NCBI GenBank assembly: GCA_963603335.1
Contig: CAVCML010000052.1
Span: 5,665 to 69,664 of the forward strand
Length of the DNA: 64,000 nucleotides
Direction of reading: 5' to 3'
DNA from: Bacteroidaceae bacterium
Lineage (GTDB): Bacteria > Bacillota > Clostridia > Peptostreptococcales > Anaerovoracaceae
Made by a program: the position numbers and the translations under genes. The notes beneath the pieces are model-generated. The model saw only the letters and a program-made list of their open reading frames with translations. It made no database searches and was not told the origin of the DNA. Below, one piece after another: positions 48,858 through 57,552 of this stretch. Position 1 is the stretch's first letter. Each line of letters opens with the position of its first letter.

Positions 48858-48873
48858 TGGCACGCAATTTGCG
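48858..48873 (+). promoter_or_regulatory. Sigma54 (-24/-12) promoter, operon 2
   Basis: TGGCAC-GCAAT-TTGCG, 101 nt upstream of the ATG at 48974. Confidence 0.75.
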
Positions 48874-48973
48874 ATATATATTGGCGGCGCCAAAAGAAAG
48901 TTATTATAATTGACATTTTATTTATTTCAGAAGAATCAGAAATCGTTTATTTGGAATTGAGAAAGGAAAAAGT

Positions 48974-50437
48974 ATGAGTACACAGAACAATAATCTGGAA
49001 CGCCAGACTTTTGCCAAAACTCTTGGTAGAGGAGAAATTTGGGCATTCGCCTTCGGATCTGTAGTAGGATGGGGCTGGGTAATGCTCGCAGGAGGCTGGG
49101 TAAGTTCAGCCGGAAGTGTTGGAGCTATTATAGCATTCGTAATTGCAGGACTTGTTTGCGGATTTATCGGAATGGCATTTGCAGAGCTTTGCCCTATGAT
49201 TCCTCAGACAGGAGGCGTATTGGTATTTGCTTACAGAGCAGGTGGATATAAATTCGGCTGGTTCGCAGCGTGGGCGATGGCATTCGCTTATATCGCAGTA
49301 GCATGCTGGGAAGGTCCGGCGTTCGGAAGTGCGGTGGAATATCTGATTCCGCAGCTTACAAACAATGCGGATGTTCTTTATTCTATTGAAGGATATGATG
49401 TAACTCTGCCATGGGTTATCATCGCATTGGCAGGTACTGTATTCACAATCATTTGCAACTGGATCGGCATGAGCTTTGCTAAGATTGTAAACACAATCGC
49501 AGCACTGGCACTGGTAGCCGGTGGTTTAATCTTCTTCTTCGGAGGTGTAACATTAGGTGATGTTTCCAACGCTCTGCCTGCATTCAACAGCGGCTTCAGC
49601 GGCATATTTATCGTACTTATGGCTGCACCGGCTATGTTCGTTGGATTCGACGTTATTCCGCAGTCGGTAGAAGACATGAAGATTCCTATGAAGCAGGTTG
49701 GTAAAATGGTTATTTTGGCAATCGTGCTCGGAGCAATCTGGTACATCCTGATGATTATAGGATCCTCTTTCGGCGCACCGGCATCATTCCGTGACAACGC
49801 AAGCATCCCGGTAGCTGATATCGCTACTTATGTATTTGGATCCAAGATCTTCGGTTCATTCGTTATCATCGCAGGTATCGGCGGCATCCTGACAAGCTGG
49901 AACGCTATGTACATCGGGGCTACAAGAATCCTCTTCGCACTTGCAAGAGCTAAGATGCTTCCGCCTGTATTCAGCAAACTGCACCCTAAATACAATTCAC
50001 CTACAGCAGCTCTGATTCTGGTTGGAGCACTGGGACTGGCATCCGTATTCCTCGGCAAGAACGCACTGGGATGGTTCGTAGACGCAAGTTCCTTCGGTAC
50101 TGTAGTAGCATACTTCTGCGCAGCTTTGGCATTCTACAAGTTAAAGGTAGACGAACCGGATACAGAAAGACCGTTCAAGGCACCGTTAGGAAAGTTCATG
50201 GCTATCCTGGCTATCGTATCCTCCGGATTATTCATCTGCATCTACCTGCCGTTCAGCCCATCCGGTGGCCTGGGACATATGGAATGGATCATGGTTGCTC
50301 TGTGGACAGTAATCGGTATCATCCTCGCTATCAGCGTTCGCTGCAGCAGCTACTCCAAGGTTACAGCTGCTGAACGTGAATACCTGATCTTTGGTGAAGA
50401 ATATGCCAGAAAGTCTATAATAGACGCTGACAAATAG
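48974..50437 (+). CDS. APC-superfamily amino acid permease
   Basis: 487 aa, about 12 TM helices. It is the first gene after the sigma54 promoter. Confidence 0.8.
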   Translation: MSTQNNNLERQTFAKTLGRGEIWAFAFGSVVGWGWVMLAGGWVSSAGSVGAIIAFVIAGLVCGFIGMAFAELCPMIPQTGGVLVFAYRAGGYKFGWFAAWAMAFAYIAVACWEGPAFGSAVEYLIPQLTNNADVLYSIEGYDVTLPWVIIALAGTVFTIICNWIGMSFAKIVNTIAALALVAGGLIFFFGGVTLGDVSNALPAFNSGFSGIFIVLMAAPAMFVGFDVIPQSVEDMKIPMKQVGKMVILAIVLGAIWYILMIIGSSFGAPASFRDNASIPVADIATYVFGSKIFGSFVIIAGIGGILTSWNAMYIGATRILFALARAKMLPPVFSKLHPKYNSPTAALILVGALGLASVFLGKNALGWFVDASSFGTVVAYFCAALAFYKLKVDEPDTERPFKAPLGKFMAILAIVSSGLFICIYLPFSPSGGLGHMEWIMVALWTVIGIILAISVRCSSYSKVTAAEREYLIFGEEYARKSIIDADK

Positions 50438-50654
50438 TAACTTGATTAGATAAAACGTAAATATAAAAATTCATTCTAATGAAGAGAAAGCAGTCATGCA
50501 GTGACGTAAATGTTGCTGCATGGCTGTTTTCCTTTTGCATAAAAAAATATCGGTATGCAAGCGAAAAATCCTTGAAATCTAAACGCGTATGCACTATTAT
50601 GTACAATGTGGCGTGTATAATTATACATGCATGAGTAAACATCAGGAGGTTGTT

Positions 50655-50858
50655 ATGGCGGAAATTAAAGTGGATGTCAGCAGATGCAAAGGCTGTTTTT
50701 TATGTACAAGCGTTTGCCCTAAAGGCGTGCTGATACCATCGGACGAATTAGGTGTAAAGGGATTCCCTATCGTACACCGGGACGAGACTAAGGAATGTAT
50801 CGGATGCGGAGCCTGCTACAAAATGTGCGGCGACTACTGCATCGAGATTATAGATTAA
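50655..50858 (+). CDS. 2-oxoacid:ferredoxin oxidoreductase delta subunit (2x[4Fe-4S] ferredoxin)
   Basis: 67 aa from the ATG after AGGAGG. Motifs CKGCFLCTSVCP and CIGCGACYKMC. Confidence 0.8.
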   Translation: MAEIKVDVSRCKGCFLCTSVCPKGVLIPSDELGVKGFPIVHRDETKECIGCGACYKMCGDYCIEIID

Positions 50859-50872
50859 GAGGAGGCAGAATC

Positions 50873-51949
50873 ATGGCAAAAATATTAATGAAGGGAAATG
50901 AAGCCCTGGCTGAAGCCTGCCTTCGCGCCGGATGCAGATTTTTCAGCGGATATCCCATTACTCCGCAGACTGAAATTTTAGAGTATCTTTGCTGGAGAAT
51001 GGATGAAGTCGGCGGTACATGCGTGCAGACGGAATCCGAGCTTGCCGGCGTTAACATGCTGCTCGGCGCAGCATCGGCAGGTGCGCGTGCATTGACAACA
51101 ACATCAGGTCCGGGATTCTCGCTTAAGCAGGAAGGAATCTCATACCTTTGCGGCAGTGATGTGCCTGCAGTTATCGTAGACGTACAGAGAATAGGGTCTG
51201 CACTTGGCGATATTTTCATGGGACAGGGCGACTACTGGCAGTTGACCAGAGGCGGCGGCCACGGAGATTACAGAACTTTGGTTCTGGCACCGAACAGCGT
51301 GCAGGAGAGCGTTGACTTAGCAGGAGAAGCATTCGACCTGGCTGAGAAATATCGTCATCCGGTAATCATCGCCACAGATGCTACTATCGGCCAGATGATT
51401 GAACCTGTAGAACTCCCGGAGATGCATGAGCATGACATGGATCAATATGACTGGGCTATCAGACCTCGCCGGGAAGGCGAACCGCAGAGAGCTATCTGGA
51501 ACCGTTACTGGGATTGGGACTGGAAGGATACGTCCGTAGGCGGACATATGTATCCGAAGTATCTGCTGGACAAGTACGGCCGGATGGAGGAGACAGAGCA
51601 GCGCTGGGAGGAAGTGGAGACTGAAGATGCTGAGATTATTATGGTAGCTTACGGCACAAGTGCCAGAGTTGCCAAGTCCGCAGTTGCCCGCGCTCGCAAG
51701 GAAGGTATCAAAGCAGGCCTTATCAGACCTATCACGCTTTGGCCGTATCCTAAGAAAGCATTCGACAAACTGGGAAGTCAGGTTAAGGCAATTCTCGATG
51801 TAGAGAGAAACATTCTTGGTCAGATGAAGGATGATATCGTTCTGGCAACGGGCAATAGGCTGCCGGTTGAATTCTATGGTGAATACTGGGACAACATGAA
51901 CGAGATTAAGATGGTCGATATTGCCAGAGACATGCTGACAAGATATTAA
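50873..51949 (+). CDS. 2-oxoacid:ferredoxin oxidoreductase alpha subunit
   Basis: The N-terminus MKGNEALAEACLRAGCRFFSGYPITPQTE is typical of KorA/PorA/VorA. Confidence 0.85.
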   Translation: MAKILMKGNEALAEACLRAGCRFFSGYPITPQTEILEYLCWRMDEVGGTCVQTESELAGVNMLLGAASAGARALTTTSGPGFSLKQEGISYLCGSDVPAVIVDVQRIGSALGDIFMGQGDYWQLTRGGGHGDYRTLVLAPNSVQESVDLAGEAFDLAEKYRHPVIIATDATIGQMIEPVELPEMHEHDMDQYDWAIRPRREGEPQRAIWNRYWDWDWKDTSVGGHMYPKYLLDKYGRMEETEQRWEEVETEDAEIIMVAYGTSARVAKSAVARARKEGIKAGLIRPITLWPYPKKAFDKLGSQVKAILDVERNILGQMKDDIVLATGNRLPVEFYGEYWDNMNEIKMVDIARDMLTRY

Positions 51950-51961
51950 GGAGGTGCCTCA

Positions 51962-52702
51962 ATGAACTTTAAAATAAATAAAGATATCGACATGGACAAG
52001 CAGGCTTCCTGGTGTCCCGGATGCGGTCATGGCATTGTTTGCCGCGTTATCACTGACGCGGTAACAGAACTCGGCGTAAGCGGTAAAATTATCACAGTTG
52101 ACGATGTAGCGTGCGGCCAGTTCGGACAGTTCGCTATGAAATACAATACTGTTATGGGTGCGCACGGCAGAACCATTCCTACCGCTGCCGGTATTAAGAG
52201 AGTCAGACCTGATTCCCTGGTTATTGCACGTCCGGGTGACGGATCGGCGTACAGCATAGGTATTGAGTCAACATTGTACAGCGCAATTCGCAATGAGAAT
52301 ATCTTAGCAATCGTTATTAACAACAGCGTATTCGGCATGACAGGCGGACAGATGTCACCTACATCACTGCCCGGGATGAAGACTGCAACATCGCCTTTTG
52401 GACGTGATGAACGCAAGAACGGCAGCATGGTAGACATCTCCAAGATTCTGGCCGGAACCGATATGGCATATATGGCACGTGTAGCAGTTAATACACCTGC
52501 CAATACCGATAAGGCAAAGAAGGCAATCAAGAAGGCACTGGTAAAGCAGATGAACGGCGAAGGCTTCTGCCTGGTCGAGGTTCTCAGCATGTGCCCGACC
52601 AACTGGAAAATGTCCGAAATTGACGCTTGTGAATTCATAAAGACAACACAGAGTAAGTATCTCCCGTTAGGAGAGTTCATAGACAGAGAGGGGGATAAAT
52701 AA
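51962..52702 (+). CDS. 2-oxoacid:ferredoxin oxidoreductase beta subunit (TPP-binding)
   Basis: WCPGCGHG motif and GDGSAYSIG (a GDG-type TPP motif). Confidence 0.85.
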   Translation: MNFKINKDIDMDKQASWCPGCGHGIVCRVITDAVTELGVSGKIITVDDVACGQFGQFAMKYNTVMGAHGRTIPTAAGIKRVRPDSLVIARPGDGSAYSIGIESTLYSAIRNENILAIVINNSVFGMTGGQMSPTSLPGMKTATSPFGRDERKNGSMVDISKILAGTDMAYMARVAVNTPANTDKAKKAIKKALVKQMNGEGFCLVEVLSMCPTNWKMSEIDACEFIKTTQSKYLPLGEFIDREGDK

Positions 52703-53244
52703 TGAATGAGATAATCTGCTCAGGATTAGGAGGACAGGGTGTTCTCGTTGCCGGCATGATTTTAGCCGATATGGCTATGGAGGATGGCAAGAACGTTTCC
52801 TGGTATCCTTCATACGGATTCGAGATGCGCGGCGGTGCAGCCAACTGTGAGCTCAAAATCGGCGATGAGGATCTGCAAAGCCCGTATTGCCTGGAACCTG
52901 ATGTATTATATACACTCAGCGAATCGGCTATTGATTCGTTCGAAGACAGACTTAAGCCGGGCGGCGTACTGCTGGTGAATTCAAGCCTTACCAGCGATGA
53001 ACGCAAGTATCGTGATGATATTACGGTTATCAAGGTGCCGGCTACCGAGATTGCAAATGAACTTAAAAACGGACGCGGCACTAATCTGGTAATGCTGGGC
53101 GCCATGGCAGCTGCATCGGATTTATACGATGTAGAACAGATGCAGGCAGGCATTCGGAATTACTTCGGCAAGAAGGGCAAGAACAATCCTAAGAACGACC
53201 GGTGCTTTGAGCGCGGTGTTGAAGCGGCAAGGGGGCAGTTATAA
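52702..53244 (+). CDS. 2-oxoacid:ferredoxin oxidoreductase gamma subunit
   Basis: GLGGQGVLVAG motif. 180 aa. Its ATG overlaps the beta-subunit stop codon. Confidence 0.8.
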   Translation: MNEIICSGLGGQGVLVAGMILADMAMEDGKNVSWYPSYGFEMRGGAANCELKIGDEDLQSPYCLEPDVLYTLSESAIDSFEDRLKPGGVLLVNSSLTSDERKYRDDITVIKVPATEIANELKNGRGTNLVMLGAMAAASDLYDVEQMQAGIRNYFGKKGKNNPKNDRCFERGVEAARGQL

Positions 53245-53245
53245 T

Positions 53246-54472
53246 ATGACAGATATGAAGATGCCTCTGGAAGGCGTTAAAGTTGTTGAGATGGCAACGG
53301 TTGTTGCCGCACCGACCACGGCACGCGTACTGAGCACATACGGTGCTGATGTCATCAAAGTTGAAACACTGGGCGGAGATGTAATGCGTCTTGCCGGCAC
53401 TCATGAATTAACGCCGTATACTGATGAATGCAACCCGTTGTTTACAATTCACAACAGCGGCAAGAAATTCATCGCAATAAATTTCAAGACGCCGGAAGGC
53501 AAGAAAATTTTAATAGACCTTATCAAAGATGCGGATGTTTTCATCACTAATGTCCGCGAGAAGTCAATGATAAAAAACGGTCTTGACTATGAAACGTTAA
53601 AAGAGATTAACCCGGGACTCATATACGCTCAGTTCACCGGCTACGGCAGCAAGGGACCTGCAGCTAACGACCCCGGATTTGATATTACAGCGTTCTGGCT
53701 CCGCGGCGGAGCTATGGCTGACTGGGAGACTGAAGGCGCATTCCCTATGGTTCCTACATATGCATTCGGCGATATGGTTACAAGCAATGCATTCCTTGCA
53801 GGAATTATGATGGCTCTGTTCGCCAGGACCAAGACCGGCAAAGGCACTAAGATTGATACTTCGCTCTTAGCAAGCGGCATTTGGTGCAATGCTATCGGTG
53901 TGGTGCAGACGCAGTTTGATCGCAAGCACCTTAACCCGGATCCGCTGACGCCGCCGGATCCGTTCAGCCAGACATACCTTTGCGCTGATAATAGATGGAT
54001 CGGCGTATACTGCAATGAATATGAAGCTGATAAAGCCAAGTTTGCAAAGCTGCTGGACTGCGAGGATATATTAGATGATTCAAGATACGAGAATGTTGAG
54101 ACAATGCACAGCTCCGGAGCGATTAGAGAGATAACTGCACGTCTTAATGAAGTTTTTAAGACCAAGACTTCCGAGGAGTGGCGCCGGTTTTTCAGTGAGA
54201 ACAACGTAGCTGCAGAGATTATGCAGCAGTCATGTGAGGTATCAAGTGACCCGCAGGCTATAGAGAATGAATACATGGTACCGGTGGAATATAACGATGA
54301 GGATCATACCACTGTTATGATGCCTAATCCGCCTATCATGTTCAGCGATTATGAGAGACGCGAGAATGTCCCTACCGGATCAATCGGAGAAGATACCGAT
54401 GCAATCCTCGAGAGCATGGGATATTCAGAAGAAGAGATTCAGAAATTAAGAGATGAGGGCGCTATAGGTTAG
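53246..54472 (+). CDS. Type III (CaiB/BaiF/Frc-family) CoA-transferase, second copy
   Basis: N-terminus PLEGVKVVEMATVVAAPTTARVLSTYGADVIKVE. The ATG lies 1 nt after the gamma-subunit stop codon. Confidence 0.85.
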   Translation: MTDMKMPLEGVKVVEMATVVAAPTTARVLSTYGADVIKVETLGGDVMRLAGTHELTPYTDECNPLFTIHNSGKKFIAINFKTPEGKKILIDLIKDADVFITNVREKSMIKNGLDYETLKEINPGLIYAQFTGYGSKGPAANDPGFDITAFWLRGGAMADWETEGAFPMVPTYAFGDMVTSNAFLAGIMMALFARTKTGKGTKIDTSLLASGIWCNAIGVVQTQFDRKHLNPDPLTPPDPFSQTYLCADNRWIGVYCNEYEADKAKFAKLLDCEDILDDSRYENVETMHSSGAIREITARLNEVFKTKTSEEWRRFFSENNVAAEIMQQSCEVSSDPQAIENEYMVPVEYNDEDHTTVMMPNPPIMFSDYERRENVPTGSIGEDTDAILESMGYSEEEIQKLRDEGAIG

Positions 54473-54495
54473 CAGCGATTATGAGACTTTAATCG

Positions 54496-56031
54496 ATGGA
54501 GAAAAATATGGAGAATTTAAAGAGTAATAACAAGATTAAGGCTGTTGTGGATAAGCCGATATCCATTACCTGTATAGCACTGATTGTGGCTTTCGTGGTA
54601 CTGGTTATAGCCAAACCGGACGCAACGCTGAATGTGGTAAGCGTAATTTTTGACTATGCAACATCAATATTCGGTGTACCGATTTTATGGTTCGTATTCA
54701 TCGGACTTATTATCTGTCTATACTTAGCATTCAGCAAATACGGCAGCATTAAGCTGGGTGAAGGTGAGCCGGAATACTCACTGTTTAGTTACATTGCAAT
54801 GATGATGTGTGCAGCGCTGGCGGCAACTGCCGTTTACTACTCGTTCGTAGAGTGGTCGTTCTATTTAACGGACCCGGCTTTCAATATTGAGGCATACTCG
54901 CAGGAAGCTGCAGAGTATTCACTGGCATATGCTTTCTTTCACTGGGGATTCTCAGTGCAGGTAGTGTTCGTACTGATCAGTGTGTGCATGGCATATGGAT
55001 TCTATGTTAAGAAGGTGCCGCATCTTAGAGTCAGCGCTATCTGCGGTGCAATGATGGGAGACTTTAAATACAAAGGCGCATTGTGCAAAATCATCGATGC
55101 ACTTACAATTCTGAGTGTTATCGGTGGTGTTGGTGTGGTATCAATGGGCGTAGGAGTTCCGATCATCAGTGCCGCCATTTCTAAAGTGCTTGGTATTGAA
55201 GCTGACTTTACAGTTAACTTAATCGTACTGCTTATTGTAGCGGCAGTATTCTCATTCACTTCATTTGTTGGCGTTAAGAAGGGCATGAAGAGACTCAGTG
55301 ATATGACAGTATGGCTTATGATTCTCATTATGGGCTTCATCCTCGTCTTCGGACCAACGAAGTTTATTGTGAAGAACTTTACGTACAGCTGCGCCAAGAT
55401 GCTGTCAAACTATGTAGATATGAGTTTATATACAGATCCTATTGGCAACAGCGGTTTCCCGGAAGCCAATACAATTTTTCTGTTCACACTGGCATTCAAC
55501 TATGCAGCACTTATGGGCATCTTCATTACGAAGATTTCCAGGGGCAGGACTATTAGATCATTGATTCTAAGCTGTCTGGGAGGCATCAGCATCGGAACAT
55601 GGATTATGTTTGGAATCAATGGCAGTTTCGGGCTTAATGCTGAACTTACAGGTGAGTTTGAACTGTCAAAGGCAAGTGACCTTCAGGCAGGCCTTATGGA
55701 TTTGCTCGGAACACTTCCGCTGGGCACGGTCGTATTGCCGATAGCTTTTGCACTGGTAACCATAGGATTCCTGGCAACATCACTGGACTCGGCATCCTTT
55801 GCAATATCAGCGGCAGGATCTAAGAGGCTGGATCAGAATGGCAATCCTAGTACAGCATTCAGAATGTTGATGTGCTTAGTGCTTGTGCTTATTCCTATGG
55901 CACTGCTGTTTACGGGTGCACCGTTTTCAGCAATCAAGACTATTTGTATTGTTTTATCGATTCCATTCCTGTTTATAATCATAGGAATGCTGATAGGCCT
56001 ATTCAAATGGCTCAAACGAGATATTGTATAA
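54496..56031 (+). CDS. Divergent BCCT-family transporter
   Basis: 511 aa, polytopic. It retains the BCCT TM8-end signature FITKISRGRTIRS (canonical FIARISRGRTIRE) and the N-terminal KYGSIKLG...PEYS segment. It lacks the tryptophan-rich part of the motif. Confidence 0.65.
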   Translation: MEKNMENLKSNNKIKAVVDKPISITCIALIVAFVVLVIAKPDATLNVVSVIFDYATSIFGVPILWFVFIGLIICLYLAFSKYGSIKLGEGEPEYSLFSYIAMMMCAALAATAVYYSFVEWSFYLTDPAFNIEAYSQEAAEYSLAYAFFHWGFSVQVVFVLISVCMAYGFYVKKVPHLRVSAICGAMMGDFKYKGALCKIIDALTILSVIGGVGVVSMGVGVPIISAAISKVLGIEADFTVNLIVLLIVAAVFSFTSFVGVKKGMKRLSDMTVWLMILIMGFILVFGPTKFIVKNFTYSCAKMLSNYVDMSLYTDPIGNSGFPEANTIFLFTLAFNYAALMGIFITKISRGRTIRSLILSCLGGISIGTWIMFGINGSFGLNAELTGEFELSKASDLQAGLMDLLGTLPLGTVVLPIAFALVTIGFLATSLDSASFAISAAGSKRLDQNGNPSTAFRMLMCLVLVLIPMALLFTGAPFSAIKTICIVLSIPFLFIIIGMLIGLFKWLKRDIV

Positions 56032-56105
56032 CTTTGTATTTTTAGGGCGCGGTAATGCGCCGTCTGATATAATTGTTGAGTAAATTTTAATAAGAGGAGG
56101 CTAAT

Positions 56106-57284
56106 ATGCCAGTTTTAAGTGAAAGAGTCGGTACATTTACTGACTCGGTTATCCGCAGAATGACAAGAATAAGCGACGAACACGACGCAATCAATTTATC
56201 GCAGGGTTTCCCTGATTTTGATCCGCCTAAGGCAATCATGGACAGACTTGCTGAGGTAGCATACGAGGGACCTCATCAGTATTCGGTAACTTACGGCGAT
56301 CCTAACATTTTAGAGGCGATTGCTCGTAAGCAGAGCAGAACGTCCGGACATCCGGTAAATCCGGAAACAGAGATCTGCGTTACCTGCGGCGGTACGGAAG
56401 CTATGATGGCAGCAATGATGACAATCTGTAATCCGGGGGACAAAGTAATGGTATTCTCACCATTTTATGAGAATTATGGTGCAGATGCGATTTTATCAGG
56501 TGCAGAGCCGATTTACATTCCGCTGGTACCGCCTGAATATAACTTCGATATTAATCTGATTGAAGATGGCTTTAAGCAGGGTGCAAAGGCAATCGTTATT
56601 TGCAACCCTTCCAACCCGTGCGGAAAAGTGTTCACTCGTGAAGAACTTACAGCAATTGCCGAACTTTGCATTAAGTACGATGCATTTGCGGTAACGGATG
56701 AAGTATATGAACACCTGGTGTATGCACCGGCTGAGCACGTATACATGGCATCACTTCCGGGAATGTGGGATCATACGATTACCTGCAACTCGCTCAGTAA
56801 GACTTACTCCATCACCGGATGGCGCCTGGGATATGCTATCGCCAATGAGGAAGTTACAGAGAATATCAGGAAGGTGCATGACTTCTTAACGGTAGGTGCA
56901 CCGGCTCCGCTGCAGGAAGCGGCATGTGCAGGTCTTAACATGCCGGAGTCTTACTATGATGAGCTTACCAAGATGTATACGGAAAAACGTGATTATTTCT
57001 GCAAAGGCTTAGACAGCATCGGTCTTAAGCACAATATTCCGGAGGGTACATACTTCGTACTGGTAGATATCAGCGAATTTTTGGCACTGCCTCAGTTCGA
57101 AGGTATGGACGATCTGGAATTCTGTGAGTGGCTGATTATTAACACCGGAGTTGCTGCGGTACCGGGATCAAGCTTCTTCAAAGAAGAGGTTAATAACTTG
57201 ATTAGATTCCATTTTGCCAGAGAAATGTCAACTATCGATGAAGTTATCAGGAGATTGAGCAAGCTTCAGGACTTACTCAAATAG
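56106..57284 (+). CDS. Class I/II PLP aminotransferase, YbdL / kynurenine-glutamine transaminase (KAT)-like
   Basis: INLSQGFPDFDPP hallmark, ICNPSNPCGKVF, and PLP-lysine context NSLSKTYSITGWRLGY. Confidence 0.85.
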   Translation: MPVLSERVGTFTDSVIRRMTRISDEHDAINLSQGFPDFDPPKAIMDRLAEVAYEGPHQYSVTYGDPNILEAIARKQSRTSGHPVNPETEICVTCGGTEAMMAAMMTICNPGDKVMVFSPFYENYGADAILSGAEPIYIPLVPPEYNFDINLIEDGFKQGAKAIVICNPSNPCGKVFTREELTAIAELCIKYDAFAVTDEVYEHLVYAPAEHVYMASLPGMWDHTITCNSLSKTYSITGWRLGYAIANEEVTENIRKVHDFLTVGAPAPLQEAACAGLNMPESYYDELTKMYTEKRDYFCKGLDSIGLKHNIPEGTYFVLVDISEFLALPQFEGMDDLEFCEWLIINTGVAAVPGSSFFKEEVNNLIRFHFAREMSTIDEVIRRLSKLQDLLK

Positions 57285-57328
57285 ATCGGATTAAGCTTTG
57301 TATTAAAAACAGAACAGAATAAAATCTC

Positions 57329-57353
57329 AAAAGCCAGTCGTTGACTGGCTTTT
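57329..57353 (+). terminator. Rho-independent terminator ending sigma54 operon 2
   Basis: Stem AAAAGCCAGTC / GACTGGCTTTT with a 3-nt loop. Confidence 0.8.
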
Positions 57354-57418
57354 ATAATGGAGAAAAACGGATGCGATTGTTAGTTGAATAATAAACTAAA
57401 TAAATTATATATTTGTGG

Positions 57419-57446
57419 TTGAATTTGGTTTAAGTTGTGGTATAAT
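57419..57446 (+). promoter_or_regulatory. SigmaA promoter (extended -10) of the polyferredoxin-PFOR operon
   Basis: TTGAAT (57419-57424), a 16-nt spacer ending in TGG, then TATAAT (57441-57446). Confidence 0.6.
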
Positions 57447-57552
57447 ACCTTTTGTTGCACTTGTATACAACATACATAATACGGTATAAATTCGAATAAT
57501 CATAAGATCACTATAAATGTTACAGTTATGTCATTTGCAAGGAGGGACATAA

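Noticed and set aside
53246-56031. CaiB-like CoA-transferase plus BCCT transporter as a carnitine or gamma-butyrobetaine (cai/bbu-type) cluster
   Set aside because: The BCCT homolog lacks the tryptophan cage needed for trimethylammonium binding. No CaiA/BbuA-type acyl-CoA dehydrogenase-like gene, CaiC ligase or CaiE is present. The neighbouring OFOR and aminotransferase do not fit those pathways. It cannot be fully excluded without assays.
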